From a virus, in the UHGV virus genome UHGV-1362027: a stretch of DNA of 46,999 bases; one strand, written 5' to 3'. Position numbers and translations under genes: made by a program. A model generated the notes under the pieces. The model was given only the letters and a program-made list of their open reading frames with translations. It did no database searches and was not told the DNA's origin. Each line of letters starts with the position of its first letter. The stretch's first letter is position 1. This document shows positions 41,305-46,999 of this stretch, one piece after another.

Positions 41305-41446
41305 GCCATTACCGCCATGCGAAATGTCAGGAATGCCGCAGCAGGAAGATGTGATTCTCACGGATGCTGAGTGGCGCAAGGTGGCAAAGGTGCAAATCAT
41401 GTTCCGCAAACTTGCTGAGGACATACTAAATGAGATGGGCTATTAA
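41270..41446 (+). CDS. hypothetical protein (58 aa)
   Basis: AGAGG RBS. Product MGKYKRKKQEYEPLPPCEMSGMPQQEDVILTDAEWRKVAKVQIMFRKLAEDILNEMGY. Confidence 0.3.
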   Translation: MGKYKRKKQEYEPLPPCEMSGMPQQEDVILTDAEWRKVAKVQIMFRKLAEDILNEMGY

Positions 41447-41777
41447 GCATAAATCCGGCAGAACTCTGTTTGTAACATCAGATGAGTTTATTGCCAATAA
41501 CCGTAGAAAGATGGGCTGGATAGTGGAGGAAGTGAAGATGACGAGTAGAGAACAGTTTGAGCAGAAAATTAATCACGCATACGGGGAAGATTATCTGGTG
41601 GTTAATGATGACGGTGATTACGTTAACTGGATAACAGCTGACTTATGGGAGTTTTGGGTTGCATCTCGCTCAGAAATTGAGATTCAAGCGTGTCCATGCC
41701 CAAACGATCATGGCCCGAATGTTGATGACCATTATCGCGAGCAAATTAATAACGCAGGCTTAAAGGTGAAAAAATGA
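41430..41777 (+). CDS. hypothetical protein (115 aa)
   Basis: Compact ORF. Confidence 0.35.
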   Translation: MRWAIKHKSGRTLFVTSDEFIANNRRKMGWIVEEVKMTSREQFEQKINHAYGEDYLVVNDDGDYVNWITADLWEFWVASRSEIEIQACPCPNDHGPNVDDHYREQINNAGLKVKK

Positions 41778-42103
41778 TTATCCAGTTAAACGACATCATG
41801 AAAGCAGACATCATTCAGCTTGAAGACTATGACATGCAACTGGCATTTGAAATCGAAACTGTTGAGCGTCAACTGCAATATGCAGATAAGAAGAATGACC
41901 GAGTCTGGCATGAGAAAGCACTCAAGGCGCGCGACCACATGAAGCGCACACGAGCACTTATTAAAACTCGTCTGGATAAGCTGTATTTTGGCGAAGAAAG
42001 GATGATTCACGGGGCTATATTGGCGCAAATACGCAAGGAAATGCCTATTGGCAAGTTTATGTCATACGTGCACCGCGCAAAACAGGAGGCTGGGTTGGTA
42101 TGA
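41774..42103 (+). CDS. hypothetical protein (109 aa)
   Basis: Compact ORF. Confidence 0.35.
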   Translation: MIIQLNDIMKADIIQLEDYDMQLAFEIETVERQLQYADKKNDRVWHEKALKARDHMKRTRALIKTRLDKLYFGEERMIHGAILAQIRKEMPIGKFMSYVHRAKQEAGLV

Positions 42104-42285
42104 TGCGCATGTATCAGTGCTACAGGTGTGGTGAGTCAAAGGATTGGTATAGATTTAACCCTGGTCAAAAATATTGGACTAGAAATTGTATTCGTTGCGA
42201 GAAATCGCCAGTGGGGTCAATGCCAGTTAGAGAGGATTCATCTCACGTGTTTCATAGTCGCAAGATAATGAGGGTATGTAAATGA
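42100..42285 (+). CDS. Cys-rich small protein (61 aa)
   Basis: CYRCG...CIRC pairs. Two further small hydrophobic ORFs follow (about 42283-42429 and 42484-42606). Confidence 0.3.
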   Translation: MMRMYQCYRCGESKDWYRFNPGQKYWTRNCIRCEKSPVGSMPVREDSSHVFHSRKIMRVCK

Positions 42286-42622
42286 TTCCATTACTGTGGA
42301 TATTGTCAGCTTACGCATTCGCAAGGGTATTTGAGGCTGATACTCTGTACCAGATGATTTGCTATGGCGCCCTGTTCTGTCTTTCGGGTGCTGCGCTAGC
42401 ATTCATGGATGATGTGATTTCAGACTAACACCGTATATCTTTTGTTCATCATGGGCTGCTATCATTTAATCAGGAGGTAGCTCATGAACATAATCCCTAT
42501 CACTTACTTTCTCACGCTCTACGCGCTCACTGATTCGCCATTATTCGCACTGGCTACCGCCTCATGGTGCTACATCTCCCTGTGTTATAATTCGACCACA
42601 AACTAACCGTGGAGAGTTAACC

Positions 42623-44501
<1,879 letters not shown>

Positions 44502-44502
<1 letters not shown>

Positions 44503-45575
44503 TGATGGAAAAGATTATTTTTACCAAAGATTTGGTAGCCAACTCCGCAGTGGTGGCTGACCAGTGGAAACATCTCACTATCGACCGCAAGGTATTCTGC
44601 AACGCGGAAGCTGAACTGGCGAAAACTTACGGTGTTAACGCCACCGCACTGGTAACGAAAGATTACTGGCGCGACGTGGACAACGTCACCACCCGCGTTT
44701 TCCGCAACGAAGCTGGTCAGGACATGATGGCTGACCTGATGGGTATCGCGGCAAACATCAACATCGGTAAGACTGTGGCAATCAGCCGCATTGCTTCCGA
44801 TGCTGGTAAGGTCGTCCGCACCCTGTCTGGTCAGGAGCCGGAAGATTTGGATAAAACTCGCTACGATTACACTGGCGATGTGATTCCAATCTTCAAGACT
44901 GGCTACAGCCGCGAATGGCGCGAACTGCTGGGTATGCAGTCTGAAGGTTTCGACCCGCTGCTGGACGATCAGGCTAACGTCACCTTTAACCTGCGTTCCG
45001 ACATGGCGCAGTATCTGCTGACTGGCGACCAGACTCTGAACGTGAACGGCGTTTACACTGGTTACGGTATCACCAACCACCCGAACACTGTTCAGGTTAA
45101 CCTGAATGCCTCCGGCGGACTGAATATCGACCTGCAAACCGCAACGCCAGACCAAATCGTAACCTTCTTCAATCAGGATTTCCAGGGTATTCTGGATGCG
45201 CAGAACGTATTTGAGCAGGTGACTCTGTGGGTTTCCCCGGCAGTGCGTCGCAGCTTCATGCGTCCGTATTCTGATGCGGCGGGATTCAAAGGCGGCACAG
45301 TTGAGCAGTACATCACGCAGTTCGGTAACGGTCGTATCGGCAAGATTGGCACCAACTTCCTGCTGACTGGTAACCATTTCGTTGGCTACGTTCGCAACGA
45401 CATGTACATCCGTCCGCGTGTTGCTCAGCCTGTTTCCACCTATGCGGCAGCTCGCGTCAACCCGCACGATAACTTCAACTTCCTCGTGTGGTCTGCTATG
45501 GGCCTGCAAATCCGTAAGGATTTCACTGGTAAGTCCAAGGTGTTCAACGGCTACGGTACGCAAACTCCGCAGTAA
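44502..45575 (+). CDS. major capsid protein
   Basis: 357 aa, position, followed by a strong terminator. Highly expressed-type codon usage (inference). Confidence 0.6.
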
Positions 45576-45577
45576 TA

Positions 45578-45597
45578 AAAAGGGGCGAAAGCCCCTT
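45578..45597 (+). terminator. rho-independent terminator
   Basis: aaaaaggggcgaaagcccctttgtgaatttg. Confidence 0.6.
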
Positions 45598-45616
45598 TGT
45601 GAATTTGAGGTGAATA

Positions 45617-45814
45617 ATGGCCAAATACGAAGTCATCGCACGCGGAATCTTTGTTAAAGAGAAAGGCAAGATTCGTGAATTGCAGCTTGGCGAGGTGATT
45701 ACCGAACCAGACGAGCATCTGCTACCAAAGCTGCGCATTATGCCAGAACTCGAAAAGTCTTTCGAAGTCGCAACACCACAACAAAAGACGACAAAGAAAA
45801 AGAAAGCAGAGTAA
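45617..45814 (+). CDS. hypothetical protein (65 aa, Lys-rich C-terminus)
   Basis: Compact ORF with RBS. Confidence 0.35.
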   Translation: MAKYEVIARGIFVKEKGKIRELQLGEVITEPDEHLLPKLRIMPELEKSFEVATPQQKTTKKKKAE

Positions 45815-45815
45815 A

Positions 45816-45841
45816 CAAAACCCGCATAATGCGGGTTTTTT
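45816..45841. terminator. bidirectional rho-independent terminator
   Basis: aaaacccgcataatgcgggttttttatt. Ends the plus capsid block and the minus accessory operon. Confidence 0.65.
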
Positions 45842-45845
45842 ATTG

Positions 45846-46382
45846 CTACAGACGCATCGGCATAACAACAATCTTCGCAGTCTCGCCAGATGGCGCACTA
45901 AGACAGCAAACTGCGGCATTTGTGTTTCCATTCAGTTCAAATTTGACACCACAGAATTTAGGATTAAATAGCTTTGCTGCTTTCTCAACATCAACAAGGT
46001 AGCCAGCATTAAAGCCAATTTCCTCTGCTGCTTTAGTTTCTTTTGGTATCACGCGGTCAATATCAGGGAATCTACCATCAATCTCTTCGCAGATACCAGC
46101 ACCAACCATCTCGCCAGCCTCATCATGATACGTCGCAATTTTCGACTTGGTATCAATGATGGCGTACTCATAACGTTTTGTTGGTGACTTTCCAATCTTG
46201 ATAATCACATTTTCTGTCAGCTTGTTGTCATGACTGCCACCAATGAATGCGCGATGACCGTCAGTTGACGCAATGCGACCATCAAGCATAAAGCAGATGC
46301 CGTTCAGGTAGTAGCGCACATCATTGCGCGCCTGAAAGATTAATGCTGACTCAAGTAATAATTTACTGATTTTTAGTTTCAT
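45846..46382 (-). CDS. truncated beta sliding clamp homolog (DnaN domain II-III only, 178 aa)
   Basis: [26 protein letters not shown] aligns with E. coli DnaN [43 protein letters not shown] aligns with DGRFPDYRRVLPKN. The C-terminus VVMPMRL is identical to the DnaN C-terminus (from memory of the E. coli sequence). Confidence 0.65.
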   Translation of the reverse strand: [178 protein letters not shown]

Positions 46383-46594
46383 TCAACCACCTCGCATTCA
46401 TTTATGGAAATAAGAATAGTGTCGCCATTTCTATGGTCAAGGCATTCATATCCGATACCATAATCACAAATCACATCAAGAACATCACCTATATTAAAGC
46501 CAAACTGAGCCATGCATCCTTCATGTTCTTCATCAGAGTAATCCAGATTTGTGATTCTTACTTTCTTTGATGCCTTCATATATTCTGCCATCAC
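46379..46594 (-). CDS. hypothetical protein (71 aa)
   Basis: Compact ORF coupled to its neighbours. Confidence 0.3.
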   Translation of the reverse strand: MMAEYMKASKKVRITNLDYSDEEHEGCMAQFGFNIGDVLDVICDYGIGYECLDHRNGDTILISINECEVVE

Positions 46595-46764
46595 TTCACC
46601 TTAATCATGTGCTGTTTTGCAACTTTCAGGCATTCTTCAAAAATGCCACCCTTCTTTGCGCTCTGATTGCGCTTGTAATACTGGATTGCCGCTTCAATTG
46701 CCATCTGGTCTATGTCAGGTAGCTTGGCTCGCAGCTGTTTTTCGATGAATTGTTCGGCGTTCAT
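46595..46764 (-). CDS. hypothetical protein (about 58 aa)
   Basis: Product [60 protein letters not shown] overlaps the MTase stop. Confidence 0.3.
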
Positions 46765-46999
46765 CCTAAAATCCTTTTTTTGGCTATTTCAAAATATTTA
46801 TCATCTTTTTCGATTCCGATAAACCTGCGCCCTGTATTCACGCAGGCAACGCCGGTGGTTCCGCTGCCCATGCAGTTATCCATGACTGTGTCGCCTTCAT
46901 TGGTGTACGTCTTGATCAGGTATTCCATCAGCGCGACTGGTTTTTGTGTTGGATGTACAGTCTTACCCTCTGATGCAATTGACAAAACAGACCTTGGAT
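46761..46999 (-). CDS. DNA N6-adenine methyltransferase (beta-class), C-terminal part; ORF runs off window end
   Basis: ...[47 protein letters not shown].. (TQKP motif and FxGxG-type AdoMet motif I). Reading frame stays open to nt 46999. Confidence 0.8.
   Translation of the reverse strand, partial: PRSVLSIASEGKTVHPTQKPVALMEYLIKTYTNEGDTVMDNCMGSGTTGVACVNTGRRFIGIEKDDKYFEIAKKRILG

Noticed and set aside
45846-46382. DnaN fragment as host chromosomal contamination or assembly artefact
   Set aside because: It is tightly packed (4-nt overlaps) with phage genes on the same strand inside a single operon, with phage-type promoter and terminator. A bona fide phage gene is more parsimonious.

Overview
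The window reads as a near-complete genome (about 47 kb) of a virulent, T1-like (Drexlerviridae-like) siphovirus of an enterobacterial host. Proteins that closely resemble lambda R endolysin, E. coli DnaN and the E. coli SSB C-terminal tip point to E. coli or a relative. No integrase or CI-type lysogeny module is present.

The genome appears circularly permuted. A beta-class N6-adenine methyltransferase gene on the minus strand is split across the two window ends: the N-terminal DPPY half lies at 490->1 and the C-terminal HPTQKP/FxGxG half at 46999->46761.

Layout, in order:
- a minus-strand accessory operon: unknown 213-aa protein, ParB-like nuclease, the methyltransferase, two small ORFs and a truncated beta-sliding-clamp (DnaN domain II-III) homolog;
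- plus-strand head-tail joining and tail genes: tRNA-Met, an Ig-domain major tail protein, tail assembly chaperone, a 780-aa tape measure protein, M/L/K-like minor tail proteins, an I-J-like tip protein and a 649-aa beta-helix tailspike;
- a minus-strand replication and recombination block: VRR-NUC nuclease, SF2 helicase, zinc-ribbon protein, an SSB-tail protein, Gp157, Sak4 ATPase and a 777-aa primase;
- an AT-rich iteron region, probably the origin;
- plus-strand early small genes, an HNH endonuclease, small and large terminase subunits, an HNH-AP2 endonuclease, portal, a T5orf172-type endonuclease and a head morphogenesis protein;
- minus-strand small genes;
- a lysis cassette: GH24 lysozyme remnant, lambda-R-type endolysin, holin, Rz with embedded Rz1, and a DUF1353 protein;
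- an accessory cluster including a Lar-like protein;
- a protease/scaffold candidate, a decoration-like protein and the major capsid protein.

The most unusual points are:
- an SSB C-terminal tail (..NEPPMDFDDDIPF) encoded in frame after two TAG codons downstream of the VRR-NUC gene;
- the half-size beta-clamp gene;
- a promoter family built on direct GTAGAT repeats (TTGACGTAGAT-N17-GATGTAGATT);
- an iteron-rich candidate origin;
- three homing-endonuclease-like genes in the packaging module.

All homology calls come from reading motifs and from memory of the reference proteins; no database search was run. Hand-computed coordinates may be off by 1-2 nt.
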